The notes: generated by a model not told the origin, from the letters alone. Counted from the stretch's first letter, positions 1 through 9,358 are shown. The stretch: 32,000 nucleotides of DNA from an uncultured delta proteobacterium (GCA_963835605.1 CAWIHO010000045.1:12713-44712); one strand, 5' to 3'. Numbers and translations: made by a program.

Positions 1-917
1 GTTGGGAATTGGCTGACTGCCATAAACACATTAAAAATCATGGAGCCGATAATGATAAGGAAAATCATGGCTGTCGTGTGCGTTACCTCGAGGAATGCAG
101 TGCCAAGGTTTGACCAGTTCAACTTTCCGGTAACGATGCCAATAAAAAGGGCCAAAAATGCGCCAATGCCTCCAGCCTCGGTCGGTGTAAAAATCCCAAA
201 ATAAAGACCGCCTATTACAATCACAAATAAGAACAATACCGACCAGACATCTTTCAGGGAGGTTATCTTTTCTCTGAAGGTTGTTTTTGGCCCCGGAGGA
301 CCCAATTGAGGATTTTTTCGAGTCATAAGAAAAATAGTAAGAATAAATAAAATGCTGAGTAAGATTCCCGGGAGTATACCGGCAACAAAAAGTTTGCCTA
401 TGGACTGTTCGGTGAGCAACCCATAAATAATAAAGACGGTACTCGGGGGGATCAAAATACCGAGAGTGCCACCAGCGGCAACGCATCCTGTAGCGAGACG
501 GCCATCATAGTTATACTTTTTCATCTCCGGCAAGGCTATTTTCCCAATTGTAGCTGCTGTACCTACGCTGGTGCCGCTTACAGCAGCAAAACCAGCACAA
601 GCAGCGACCGTAGCGATACTTAACCCTCCCCGAAAGCTTCCCACCCATTTATAGGCAGTACTATAGAGACCTTTGCTCATTCCAGCATATGAACAAAAAA
701 TGCCCATCCCCACAAAAAGGGGGACAACACTCATGGTATAACTAGCCATGTTCGAATAGAATACTGTCGCTATAACAGGAAGCCCTGCTTTCAGGCTTGT
801 CAGATAAAAAATACCGCCAAGACCCACCAACGACATCGCGACGCCAATGTGTACTCCTAAAAACAACATTAAAATCATAATTGCGATGCCGATGATTCCT
901 ATAGAAAACGGGCTCAT
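1..917 (-). CDS. dctM: TRAP transporter large permease subunit (DctM family), N-terminal ~305 codons; gene continues past the left edge
   Basis: Absent from the ORF track because no stop codon lies inside the window. I checked the minus-strand frame codon by codon from the ATG at 917 down to position 3 and found no stop. The translation (MSPFSIGIIGIAIMILMLFLGVHIGVAMSLVGLGGIFYL...SGTSVGTAATIGKIALPEMKKYNYD...AAGGTLGILIPPS...) is polytopic and DctM-like. Its start overlaps the dctQ stop (ATGA). Confidence 0.85.
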   Translation of the reverse strand, partial: MSPFSIGIIGIAIMILMLFLGVHIGVAMSLVGLGGIFYLTSLKAGLPVIATVFYSNMASYTMSVVPLFVGMGIFCSYAGMSKGLYSTAYKWVGSFRGGLSIATVAACAGFAAVSGTSVGTAATIGKIALPEMKKYNYDGRLATGCVAAGGTLGILIPPSTVFIIYGLLTEQSIGKLFVAGILPGILLSILFILTIFLMTRKNPQLGPPGPKTTFREKITSLKDVWSVLFLFVIVIGGLYFGIFTPTEAGGIGAFLALFIGIVTGKLNWSNLGTAFLEVTHTTAMIFLIIIGSMIFNVFMAVSQFP

Positions 918-1417
918 TTTCCAACCCCCTGAGCTAGAGAATGGATAAATTTTACTAGAAACACCAAAGTAAGCGAAATAAAGCTAATGGCCACCGCATA
1001 GACGAAGGGGTAGGCGGGTATTGGCAGCACTCCAATGAGGAGACCAGTTCTCCGTAAGGAGTTTGCATAGACGATGGTCTGCCAGGATGCTACTATAAAC
1101 ACAGCAAGACCTGCAAAGTAACTCAAGATATCTGATAGTAACTGGGTCCTATGTGAACATCGGGAAGTGAGAATATTAATACGCACGTGCTGGTCAACGA
1201 CCAGGGCATAAGCAAGGCTAAGGGAAATCACCAAACCTGTCATTACCTCCACGAATTCGTAGTCGCCTTTGATGGGTTTGTTAAAAAAATAACGTCCCAC
1301 AACATCCGCTGCGACAAATAAGACCATGAGTCCAAACAAAACAGCGGCCACATAATTGATCACGAAGCTAAATCCGATTATGCCTCGCTCTACAAGTCTG
1401 ACTGCACGATTGGCCAT
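914..1417 (-). CDS. dctQ: TRAP transporter small permease subunit (DctQ family)
   Basis: 167-aa ORF with about four hydrophobic segments. Size and position between dctP and dctM are typical of DctQ, and it is translationally coupled to dctM. Confidence 0.8.
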   Translation of the reverse strand: MANRAVRLVERGIIGFSFVINYVAAVLFGLMVLFVAADVVGRYFFNKPIKGDYEFVEVMTGLVISLSLAYALVVDQHVRINILTSRCSHRTQLLSDILSYFAGLAVFIVASWQTIVYANSLRRTGLLIGVLPIPAYPFVYAVAISFISLTLVFLVKFIHSLAQGVGK

Positions 1418-1578
1418 TTTGATTACCTCAAAGTTTATTTCTGTATTTTGTCGCTTGTCATCATAAGACTCTCTTTCAGAACCCCTGCGTTAGACCATTT
1501 TACTGATTACGAGAAAAGAAAGAAGAGTGAGCCGTGCCAGATGAGCAGCCTCACTTTGCCACGCAATTGTTTAAGCTC

Positions 1579-2628
1579 TTACTCCTTGTATTCCTTTGAA
1601 ATGCGATTTGCTGCATCAACAATTTTTCTCCCAGGCATCCCTTTGGACTCTAAACTTTGAATCCACTTCTCACGAATCGGTTGGGCCTGAGTGCGCCATC
1701 GTTGCAATTCGGTGTCTGGAAGCTGGATGATTTCGACCCCAGGCATTTTTTTTGCTTTATCAACAGAAATCATGTCCTCTTCCCACCATGCCTTTCCTGC
1801 GACCTTTGCCAAATAAAGACCGGAAACTCCGTCGATAATCTTCTGATCGGCCGGAGATAACGAATTCCATTTGTCCTTGTTCATGACTAAAGCGAATGCT
1901 GATATATTAATGCCGACCCAGGTGTGATATTTGGTGAGTTCGTGCAAATTAAACGTGTTTAAACCGGTCCAACTCCAAAATGTACAATCCACCACCCCCC
2001 TCTGCAATGCCAGGTAAAGTTCGGGGGCCGGTACGTTTATTGGAGTCGCTCCCAATGCTGTTGCTACCAGTTGTGCAACCGTCCCGGGGGCTGCTATTTT
2101 CATCCCCTTAAAGTCTTCCAGCTTGCGGATGGGCTTTTTAGTCGAGTGGATAAAATAAGGCGTAATATTATGCAGGTTGATCACCTTCACATCTTTGTAA
2201 TCATCTTTGATATATCCTTCGTCATAAAGTCTCTGTAAGACGAAGTTGGCGTGCCTGACATCACTTGACCAGGGCGAAAGGGGCATCTCAATAACATCAC
2301 TCAAGGGGAAACGACCAGGGGAGGCCCACTGGTTAAAGTTTCCAAGATCCGCAAAACCGGAGACAACATTATCATAAATATCCTTTTGCTTGGCCAGAGA
2401 CTCGCTCGCATAAATCCTTACCTTTATTCTCCCATCCGTATTCTTTTCCACCATCTTTGCCCAAGCGTCAAGGACACCCCGATACTCAACGCCGGTGGTG
2501 GGTACAAACGTGGCCAGTTTAAGCTCAACTGTCTTGGATTGAGGATAGCCGTTTCCACTTAGTCCTAGTGTCAGCACCAACGCCATGAGCAGGCCACAAG
2601 ACAATTGTGCTACTATCCCTTTTCTCAT
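1579..2628 (-). CDS. dctP: TRAP transporter solute-binding protein (DctP family), copy 1 (promoter-distal)
   Basis: 349 aa with an N-terminal signal peptide (MRKGIVAQLSCGLLMALVLTLGLSG). DctP-like periplasmic binding-protein sequence adjacent to dctQM. RBS GGAGGG lies upstream of the ATG. Confidence 0.9.
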   Translation of the reverse strand: MRKGIVAQLSCGLLMALVLTLGLSGNGYPQSKTVELKLATFVPTTGVEYRGVLDAWAKMVEKNTDGRIKVRIYASESLAKQKDIYDNVVSGFADLGNFNQWASPGRFPLSDVIEMPLSPWSSDVRHANFVLQRLYDEGYIKDDYKDVKVINLHNITPYFIHSTKKPIRKLEDFKGMKIAAPGTVAQLVATALGATPINVPAPELYLALQRGVVDCTFWSWTGLNTFNLHELTKYHTWVGINISAFALVMNKDKWNSLSPADQKIIDGVSGLYLAKVAGKAWWEEDMISVDKAKKMPGVEIIQLPDTELQRWRTQAQPIREKWIQSLESKGMPGRKIVDAANRISKEYKE

Positions 2629-2813
2629 CTTACCCTCCTGGTTAGCTTGCCATAGGCACGCGATGCCTGCCCGGTACGATGCCGGTCACGAAAACGACTG
2701 TTCAGGGAGACAAGGAGATACAAAAAGGCTGTACACTCCACATCGATTCCACCTGGGCCGGATGAGCCGTGCCAGATGAGCAGCCTCACTTTGCCACGCA
2801 ATTGTTTAAGCTC

Positions 2814-3863
2814 TTACTCCTTGTATTCCTTTGAAATGCGATTTGCTGCATCAACAATTTTTCTCCCAGGCATCCCTTTGGACTCTAAACTTTGAATCCA
2901 CTTCTCACGAATCGGTTGGGCCTGAGTGCGCCATCGTTGCAATTCGGTGTCTGGAAGCTGGATGATTTCGACCCCAGGCATTTTTTTTGCTTTATCAACA
3001 GAAATCATGTCCTCTTCCCACCATGCCTTTCCTGCGACCTTTGCCAAATAAAGACCGGAAACTCCGTCGATAATCTTCTGATCGGCCGGAGATAACGAAT
3101 TCCATTTGTCCTTGTTCATGACTAAAGCGAATGCTGATATATTAATGCCGACCCAGGTGTGATATTTGGTGAGTTCGTGCAAATTAAACGTGTTTAAACC
3201 GGTCCAACTCCAAAATGTACAATCCACCACCCCCCTCTGCAATGCCAGGTAAAGTTCGGGGGCCGGTACGTTTATTGGAGTCGCTCCCAATGCTGTTGCT
3301 ACCAGTTGTGCAACCGTCCCGGGGGCTGCTATTTTCATCCCCTTAAAGTCTTCCAGCTTGCGGATGGGCTTTTTAGTCGAGTGGATAAAATAAGGCGTAA
3401 TATTATGCAGGTTGATCACCTTCACATCTTTGTAATCATCTTTGATATATCCTTCGTCATAAAGTCTCTGTAAGACGAAGTTGGCGTGCCTGACATCACT
3501 TGACCAGGGCGAAAGGGGCATCTCAATAACATCACTCAAGGGGAAACGACCAGGGGAGGCCCACTGGTTAAAGTTTCCAAGATCCGCAAAACCGGAGACA
3601 ACATTATCATAAATATCCTTTTGCTTGGCCAGAGACTCGCTCGCATAAATCCTTACCTTTATTCTCCCATCCGTATTCTTTTCCACCATCTTTGCCCAAG
3701 CGTCAAGGACACCCCGATACTCAACGCCGGTGGTGGGTACAAACGTGGCCAGTTTAAGCTCAACTGTCTTGGATTGAGGATAGCCGTTTCCACTTAGTCC
3801 TAGTGTCAGCACCAACGCCATGAGCAGGCCACAAGACAATTGTGCTACTATCCCTTTTCTCAT
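2814..3863 (-). CDS. dctP: TRAP transporter solute-binding protein (DctP family), copy 2 (promoter-proximal), identical to copy 1
   Basis: The track ORF 2814..3896 carries 11 extra N-terminal codons. By analogy with copy 1, and given the shared RBS (ccaGGAGGGtaagATG), the start is the ATG at 3863. This gives the same 349-aa protein. Confidence 0.9.
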   Translation of the reverse strand: MRKGIVAQLSCGLLMALVLTLGLSGNGYPQSKTVELKLATFVPTTGVEYRGVLDAWAKMVEKNTDGRIKVRIYASESLAKQKDIYDNVVSGFADLGNFNQWASPGRFPLSDVIEMPLSPWSSDVRHANFVLQRLYDEGYIKDDYKDVKVINLHNITPYFIHSTKKPIRKLEDFKGMKIAAPGTVAQLVATALGATPINVPAPELYLALQRGVVDCTFWSWTGLNTFNLHELTKYHTWVGINISAFALVMNKDKWNSLSPADQKIIDGVSGLYLAKVAGKAWWEEDMISVDKAKKMPGVEIIQLPDTELQRWRTQAQPIREKWIQSLESKGMPGRKIVDAANRISKEYKE

Positions 3864-3944
3864 CTTACCCTCCTGGTTAGCTTGCCATAGGCACAATCAA
3901 AAATGGGACGGATCTTTAAGAAACTTTCCTCGGCCCTCTGGTAC

Positions 3945-3972
3945 AGCATACCTACCCCCAAAAAAAAGTCAA
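3945..3972 (-). promoter_or_regulatory. Candidate sigma70-type promoter for the dctP-dctP-dctQM unit
   Basis: The minus strand reads TTGACT-16 nt-TATGCT about 75 nt upstream of the copy-2 start. It lies outside the duplicated unit. Hexamer match by eye only. Confidence 0.4.
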
Positions 3973-4110
3973 TAACTTTTTCGAGATTTACATCAACACG
4001 TATACGCAAGAAAGCTATGCCCGGACTAACTCCGCCTGAAGTAAGGATGTAGTAGTCAGAACCGGTTTTCAAAGTCTACCCCAGACCGGACCTGAGCAAC
4101 CAGCCATAAC

Positions 4111-4140
4111 TTGACGTAGTATTCGGTTGTTGCGTATAAT
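4111..4140 (+). promoter_or_regulatory. Candidate sigma70-type promoter for the molybdoenzyme operon
   Basis: TTGACG-18 nt-TATAAT, about 95 nt upstream of the GTG start at 4236. The leader contains a duplicated GAAGATTCC motif. Confidence 0.45.
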
Positions 4141-4235
4141 GCCTTCCAGAAGAAGATTCCAACGTTTCTTCGGGAAGATTCCGGTTGCGAGCACCGTTGT
4201 TGAGCCTCCCAGGAATAGAAAAAGGATAGAACAGA

Positions 4236-6806
4236 GTGAAAGAAGACGTCTGGGTCAAAAGTACCTGCAATATATGTTTTAGTCACTGCGCTATACGAGT
4301 TCACCGTGTAGATGGTGTAGTGACCGAAATTGAAGGGAATCCGGACTGCGCTACCAGTCTCGGAGGGCTCTGTCCCAGAGGAGCTGCCGGCATGATGCTC
4401 CTCTATGACCCCAATCGGATAAACACCCCGCTGAAAAGGACAAACCCGGAGAAAGGTATTGGGATCGATCCGAAGTGGGTGGAAATAAGCTGGGATGAAG
4501 CACTGGACACAATAACTGAGAGGCTTAGAAAAATTAAGGCCGACGATCCAAGAAAGCTGCAGACCATCCATTCCGTGATCCTCGGAGACAATGTTCCGTT
4601 GGGTGTTTCCTTCGCCGCAGCGTTCGGGAGCCCCAATTGGTTTCCCTCGGGAGCCGGTATGCATTGCGGAAACGGATCACACTTGTTTTCTGGCATGATG
4701 CACGCCGCCTGGACGAAGATGCCCGACCCAAACTATACCGAATACTATCTCAATTTTGGCTGCCCGGCGGGCTTCGGTGCTTATTACTGTGTTACCGGCA
4801 TGGCACAGAGGATGGCGAATGCCAGAAGAAGAGGAATGAAGCATGTCGTGATCGAGCCATGGATGGGAACGCCAGGCCTGAATAGTGATGAATGGATACC
4901 TATTAGGCCCGGTACCGATGCTGCACTGGCGTTGGCCATGGTGAATCTTCTACTTAACGAGTATGGGATATACGACGCAGGGAGCATAAAGCAATATACT
5001 AATGGTCCCTACTTAGTTGGAGTTGATGGCTATTACGTTCGAGACAAAGAGACACAAAAACCGCTCGTGTGGGACATCCTTGATGGAAAAGCTAAAGCTT
5101 ACGATGCCCCCACTTTACAGGACGTGGCTCTGGAGGGGAGTTACTCAGTTAACGGGGCTGAAGCCACAACCGCCTTTTCTTTAATCAAAGAGCATGTCAA
5201 AAAGTATACGCCGGAAATGGCTTCTGGGATAACTACCGTCCCCGCGGAGACAATACGCCGGTTGGCAAAGGAATTCGGGGAGGCAGCGAGGATAGGGAGC
5301 ACTATCGTTATTGACGGAAAAGAGTTACCTTACAGACCGGTCGCTGTCGGGTACTTCAGGGGAGCCTCCGCGCATAAGCATTCCGCTCTGATCAATATGG
5401 CACTTGAACTTCTGCAGGAAATAGTCGGGGCCAATAACGTACCTGGCGGCGTCTTGGGGATGAATTCCCGAGCCCTTGGGCATCCAGAAACCGGCCAGCC
5501 TTCGTACAGTCCAGGCGAAGGCCCGGATGGACTTCTGAAGGTAGGAGCGTGGACTGTACCACACATCCCCTGGCCTTTAGAGGAGCCCAAGAAACCGGAA
5601 ACGACCGGCATGACTGACCTCGTCCCCACCTCCGGGATATCTCCGCTCGTTCTCTGGGGTATAACGGAACACGAGAAGTATAAAATACCTTACAAGACTG
5701 AATTCGTGATGCACACCGGCGGTAATTACATGATGTCTTTTCTCGACCCGAAGGCCGTGGAAGGGACGTTTAAAGAAGGCATATTCATTGTTTCGTTTAG
5801 CGTTTTCCTGGATGAGTCAACCGAGCTTGCGGATATCGTTCTGCCTGATACCTGCTACCTCGAAAAGCTTGATTTGCGGGCTGATATGGACAGCACATTC
5901 TCGCCCGTGGATGGATGGGCGATGCACCTGAGACAACCGGTTGTTGAGCCCGTGCTCCAGCGAAGACCCACCCAGAAGGTGCTTCTTGAGTTGGCAGAAA
6001 GATTGGGCATACTGGGTGATTTCTATCGGCGGATCAATATAGCCTTCAATTTCAAGGACCCCTACAAACTTGACCCGGAGCAGAAATATACCTGGGAGGA
6101 GATCGTTGACCGCAGGTTGAAAGGATACTTTGGGCCTGAGCGTGGTCTGGATTGGTTCAAGGAAAACGGCCTCATAAGCTGGCCCAAAAAGGTGGAAGAA
6201 GTCTATTGGAGGCCTTTTGTGAAGGTTCGCGTACCCATCTACTACGAACACTTTAAGAGGCTTGGGGAGCAGATAGAGCACATAAAGAAAGAGCATGATA
6301 TACCCGGCTTTGACACATCGGATTTCCAGCCGATGCCGGATTGGAAACCGTGCGCGTCCCACGAGGAGAAACGTCCAGACTATGATCTGTATGGGATTTA
6401 TTACAGAATACCCTTTCACACCTTCACCTCCACTTACAATAATCCGTTTCTGGACGAAGTCTCCAAGACAGATCCTTATGTGTACGGAATCGCCATGAAC
6501 ACGGAAACTGCCCGCAAGAAAGGCATCAAGAACGGGGACCGGGTGGTCATTCAATCGGCGGGGACGGGCCATGAAATAGAGGGAAGGGCCGCCCTGAGCG
6601 AGGCTATCCATCCTGAACTGATTGCCTATGCCAGCGGAGGAGGCCACTGGTCGAAAGGTTTACCCATTGCCAGCCAGCAGGGGAAGGGAATATGCCCTGA
6701 ATGGCTCATCCCCTTAAGTTGGGATTACATAGACACGGTCAGCTTCAACCTTGACCTCTGTGTCAAAGTGAAGGTACAGAGAAAGGATGAAGGAGGGGCT
6801 CGATGA
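4236..6806 (+). CDS. Molybdopterin (bis-MGD, DMSO-reductase-family) oxidoreductase catalytic subunit, cytoplasmic; substrate unknown
   Basis: 856 aa. The N-terminal C-x2-C-x3-C...C motif (CNICFSHC...GGLCPRG) is typical of the family's [4Fe-4S] domain, and the length and overall sequence are typical of the family. No twin-arginine signal. GTG start preceded by AAAGGA. Confidence 0.85.
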   Translation: MKEDVWVKSTCNICFSHCAIRVHRVDGVVTEIEGNPDCATSLGGLCPRGAAGMMLLYDPNRINTPLKRTNPEKGIGIDPKWVEISWDEALDTITERLRKIKADDPRKLQTIHSVILGDNVPLGVSFAAAFGSPNWFPSGAGMHCGNGSHLFSGMMHAAWTKMPDPNYTEYYLNFGCPAGFGAYYCVTGMAQRMANARRRGMKHVVIEPWMGTPGLNSDEWIPIRPGTDAALALAMVNLLLNEYGIYDAGSIKQYTNGPYLVGVDGYYVRDKETQKPLVWDILDGKAKAYDAPTLQDVALEGSYSVNGAEATTAFSLIKEHVKKYTPEMASGITTVPAETIRRLAKEFGEAARIGSTIVIDGKELPYRPVAVGYFRGASAHKHSALINMALELLQEIVGANNVPGGVLGMNSRALGHPETGQPSYSPGEGPDGLLKVGAWTVPHIPWPLEEPKKPETTGMTDLVPTSGISPLVLWGITEHEKYKIPYKTEFVMHTGGNYMMSFLDPKAVEGTFKEGIFIVSFSVFLDESTELADIVLPDTCYLEKLDLRADMDSTFSPVDGWAMHLRQPVVEPVLQRRPTQKVLLELAERLGILGDFYRRINIAFNFKDPYKLDPEQKYTWEEIVDRRLKGYFGPERGLDWFKENGLISWPKKVEEVYWRPFVKVRVPIYYEHFKRLGEQIEHIKKEHDIPGFDTSDFQPMPDWKPCASHEEKRPDYDLYGIYYRIPFHTFTSTYNNPFLDEVSKTDPYVYGIAMNTETARKKGIKNGDRVVIQSAGTGHEIEGRAALSEAIHPELIAYASGGGHWSKGLPIASQQGKGICPEWLIPLSWDYIDTVSFNLDLCVKVKVQRKDEGGAR

Positions 6807-7444
6807 CCTACGGCATGGTGATAGACCTGAAAAGATGCATTGGCTGTCGCGGTTGCGAGATATTCTGTAAGAGCGCAAATGCCACCGCTCCGGGGGTGCT
6901 CTGGTCACGGGTGTTGTTCTATGAGCTGGGAAAATATCCCGCGGCCAAGAGGGTGCCTGTACCCGTGCTTTGTATGCATTGCAGAGTGCCCGCGTGCGTT
7001 GATGTATGCCCTACGGGGGCGAGTATAAAGAGGTCCGACGGGATTGTAACGATAGACGAAAACAAGTGCTCGGGGTGTCTTAACTGCCTCATGGCCTGCC
7101 CCTATGGGGCGCGTCATCTGTCACCTGCGAGCGATGAGGGTCACTTTCCTGGTCAGGGACTTACTCCATACGAAAAGGTCGGCTCCCAGCAGCACCCCAG
7201 AGGTGCGGTGGGAAAATGCAATTTCTGCCTGCCGAGGATTGAGCGGGGACTCAAGCCGGCTTGTGTCCAGAATTGCATGTCTAAAGCGAGATACTTTGGC
7301 GATCTCGATGACCCTGAGAGCGAAGTGTCGCAGCTTATACGCAGCGGGGGAGCCTTCCAGATTCGCCCCGTAATTTTCTCCGGAAGTCCGGTGACCGGGG
7401 CGACATCGGAGATAGAGACTGTAGTCTACTATCTGGAGCGTTGA
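6803..7444 (+). CDS. 4Fe-4S dicluster electron-transfer subunit (DmsB/PsrB-like beta subunit)
   Basis: 213 aa with several CxxCxxCxxxCP-type motifs (CIGCRGCEIFC, CMHCRVPACVDVCP, CSGCLNCLMACP, CNFC...C). Start overlaps the alpha-subunit stop (ATGA). Confidence 0.85.
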   Translation: MTYGMVIDLKRCIGCRGCEIFCKSANATAPGVLWSRVLFYELGKYPAAKRVPVPVLCMHCRVPACVDVCPTGASIKRSDGIVTIDENKCSGCLNCLMACPYGARHLSPASDEGHFPGQGLTPYEKVGSQQHPRGAVGKCNFCLPRIERGLKPACVQNCMSKARYFGDLDDPESEVSQLIRSGGAFQIRPVIFSGSPVTGATSEIETVVYYLER

Positions 7445-7535
7445 AGAGGCGCATCCTCGTGCGAACCGTTACGGATAAAAAAGTGGTAAAGCATCACGAG
7501 GCTATGAGCCAGAGGGTAGGAGAGCAAGGGTAAAG

Positions 7536-8804
7536 ATGGCAGCAAGAAAACATCTCATAATCGGTGCCGGTCCGGCTGCACTGAGTGCCCTGGAGGCAAT
7601 AAGACGTATTACCTCCCGGGACGAGGTCAAGCTGGTCACCCTGGAAGACTCTCTCCCCTATTCGCCTGCCGCGCTTCCCTACTTGCTGTGCGGAGGGATA
7701 ACAGAGGCGCAGTTGTGGCTGAGAGATGACGCGTATTTCAGGCACCGGAGATGCACCCTGGTGCGAGGTAAAGAAGTTACCCGTCTCCTTCCGCAGAAGA
7801 AAGAGGTTATCTATCACGACGGGGTTTCAGAATTCTATGATACCCTGCTCATCGCTTCCGGTGCAGAGACGGTGAGGCCCGCAATCGAGGGAATGGCTGA
7901 GGTTGGAATCCAGCATTTCAGAACCTTAACCGATTGCCGGCGGCTTCTCGGGGAGTTAAAGACCAAAAACAGGGTGGCTATTTTAGGTGCGGGGCTGGTG
8001 GGAATGAAGATAGCCGCGGCACTCCTGGAAAGGGGATGCCGGGTCAGCATTGTTGAGAAGGAGCAGACTGTCCTCCCCCTCTATTTCAGTGAGGAGGCCG
8101 AGGTCTATATAAGACAGACCTTCATAGACCATAAGGCCAGTCTCTTTATGGGAAAGGCGGTGAGTAGTGTCAAGAGAGAAGGCGACCAGATAAAGATTTT
8201 CTTGTGTGAGGGCGGCTCTCTGACTGCGGATATTCTCATCAACGCGATGGGAGTCAAGAGCAGAATACCTTTTCTGCAAGGGACAGGCGTGAGAATAGCC
8301 GGCGGCATCCTTGTGGACAAAGGAATGGGAACGAGCATCGACCAGATTTACGCTGCGGGAGACGTGGCCGAACCACCGGATTTTTTCACCGGTGAGCCGA
8401 AGATCAGCGCCATTATCCCCAGCGCTGTGAGTCAGGGTAGAGTTGCCGGCGCCAGTATGGCAGGGGTAAAGGCGGAATATGAGGGTGGAATCCCCATGAC
8501 GGCTTTTGGCTTCATGGGCAATCGGGCATTCTCCATAGGCGTGCCTATGCTTCAGCAGGACCCCGGGCAAGTGCTGACACAGAGGGATGGCCAAAACAAA
8601 AGGTTCAAAAAGCTGGTCTTCGACGGGGATAGGCTCATCGGTGGTATGTTCTTGAATGAAATCGTAGACCCAGGCATTATCCTCCACCTCATTAAAGAAA
8701 GAATAAATCTGTCATCTCACAAAGAAGCCCTCTTCGAAGGGACAAAGCCCCTCTCTGATCCTTGGTTAACCTCGCTTAAGTTCTCCCGGCCTGGCTCGAG
8801 GTAA
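7536..8804 (+). CDS. FAD-dependent pyridine nucleotide-disulfide-family oxidoreductase (NAD(P)H-linked reductase component)
   Basis: 422 aa with two Rossmann dinucleotide motifs (LIIGAGPAALSA near the N-terminus; VAILGAGLVGMKIAAALLERG in the middle) and an AAGDVA FAD motif. Confidence 0.8.
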   Translation: MAARKHLIIGAGPAALSALEAIRRITSRDEVKLVTLEDSLPYSPAALPYLLCGGITEAQLWLRDDAYFRHRRCTLVRGKEVTRLLPQKKEVIYHDGVSEFYDTLLIASGAETVRPAIEGMAEVGIQHFRTLTDCRRLLGELKTKNRVAILGAGLVGMKIAAALLERGCRVSIVEKEQTVLPLYFSEEAEVYIRQTFIDHKASLFMGKAVSSVKREGDQIKIFLCEGGSLTADILINAMGVKSRIPFLQGTGVRIAGGILVDKGMGTSIDQIYAAGDVAEPPDFFTGEPKISAIIPSAVSQGRVAGASMAGVKAEYEGGIPMTAFGFMGNRAFSIGVPMLQQDPGQVLTQRDGQNKRFKKLVFDGDRLIGGMFLNEIVDPGIILHLIKERINLSSHKEALFEGTKPLSDPWLTSLKFSRPGSR

Positions 8805-8865
8805 GCTGTAGTTCCGATTGAAAGCCTTTTTCTCTGAACGCTTTGCTCAGAGGCCGCCCCCTTTT

Positions 8866-9354
8866 CTATGGTTCCCGGCTTCGTGCGGCCGACTTTATGG
8901 CTCTTATTATCTGTACATAGCCCCCGCAGCGGCATAGATTGCCTTCGATTGCCGTTTTTATCTCATGTTCGGTCGGGTTGGATTTTTCGTCCAAAAGAGC
9001 TTTTGCCGACATAATCATACCCGGTGCGCAAAACCCACACTGGACGGCCCCTTCCTCCACGAAGGCTGCCTGGATCGGATGTAGGATCGGATGAACGTCC
9101 TGGGAAAACGTCTTGCTCAAGCCTTCCACAGTCCATACCTCTCCTTCGTCAGCTTCCATTACGGGAAGTATACATGAAACGATTGCCTTTCGATTCACGA
9201 TCACGGTACACGCACCACATTCCCCCATCCCGCAACCCTCTTTTACCCCGGTAAGTCCCAATATCTCTCTCAAAAGATAGAGGAGTGTCCAGTGAGGCTC
9301 CACTTCAACCTGTGTAGGCTCACCATTTAGAACAAAGGATATGCGCTTCCTCAT
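8866..9354 (-). CDS. Xanthine-dehydrogenase/CO-dehydrogenase-family small subunit, 2x[2Fe-2S]
   Basis: 162 aa with the plant-type ferredoxin motif CGMGECGACTV and a second cluster motif (CGFCAPG...CRCGGY). Confidence 0.9.
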   Translation of the reverse strand: MRKRISFVLNGEPTQVEVEPHWTLLYLLREILGLTGVKEGCGMGECGACTVIVNRKAIVSCILPVMEADEGEVWTVEGLSKTFSQDVHPILHPIQAAFVEEGAVQCGFCAPGMIMSAKALLDEKSNPTEHEIKTAIEGNLCRCGGYVQIIRAIKSAARSREP

Positions 9355-9358
9355 TATG

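Larger units (their letters stand above)
1528..3894. repeat. Tandem direct duplication: unit 1528..2659 repeated at 2763..3894 (1,132 bp each, offset 1,235 bp), separated by a 103-bp unique filler (2660..2762)
   Basis: The left boundaries share tgagccgtgccagatgagcagcc. The right boundaries share cttgccataggcac and then diverge (gcgatgcc vs aatcaaaa). Every stretch I compared is identical, and both the sense 349-aa and antisense 67-aa ORF translations in the track are identical. Confidence 0.9.

Noticed and set aside
31-924. Track ORFs 31..486(-) and 742..924(-), 151 and 60 aa
   Set aside because: Both are out of frame with the open DctM frame, which I verified has no stops from 917 to 3. Their translations are Trp/Arg/Tyr-rich nonsense typical of an off-frame reading of a membrane-protein gene.
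3864-3896. 11-codon N-terminal extension of dctP copy 2 (MCLWQANQEGK)
   Set aside because: The identical copy 1 starts at the internal Met, and the shared RBS precedes that Met. The extension begins outside or at the edge of the duplicated unit.
4056-8687. Long antisense ORFs inside the molybdoenzyme operon (4056..4664-, 5817..6647-, 7983..8687- and smaller ones)
   Set aside because: Each lies entirely opposite a gene with strong family motifs. They have no RBS or domain signatures and show low-complexity composition.
8832-8852. Hairpin CTCTGA-N9-TCAGAG between the two convergent Mo-enzyme operons as a bidirectional terminator
   Set aside because: It has only a 6-bp, AT/GC-mixed stem with a 9-nt loop and no flanking U/A runs. 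This is too weak to call.
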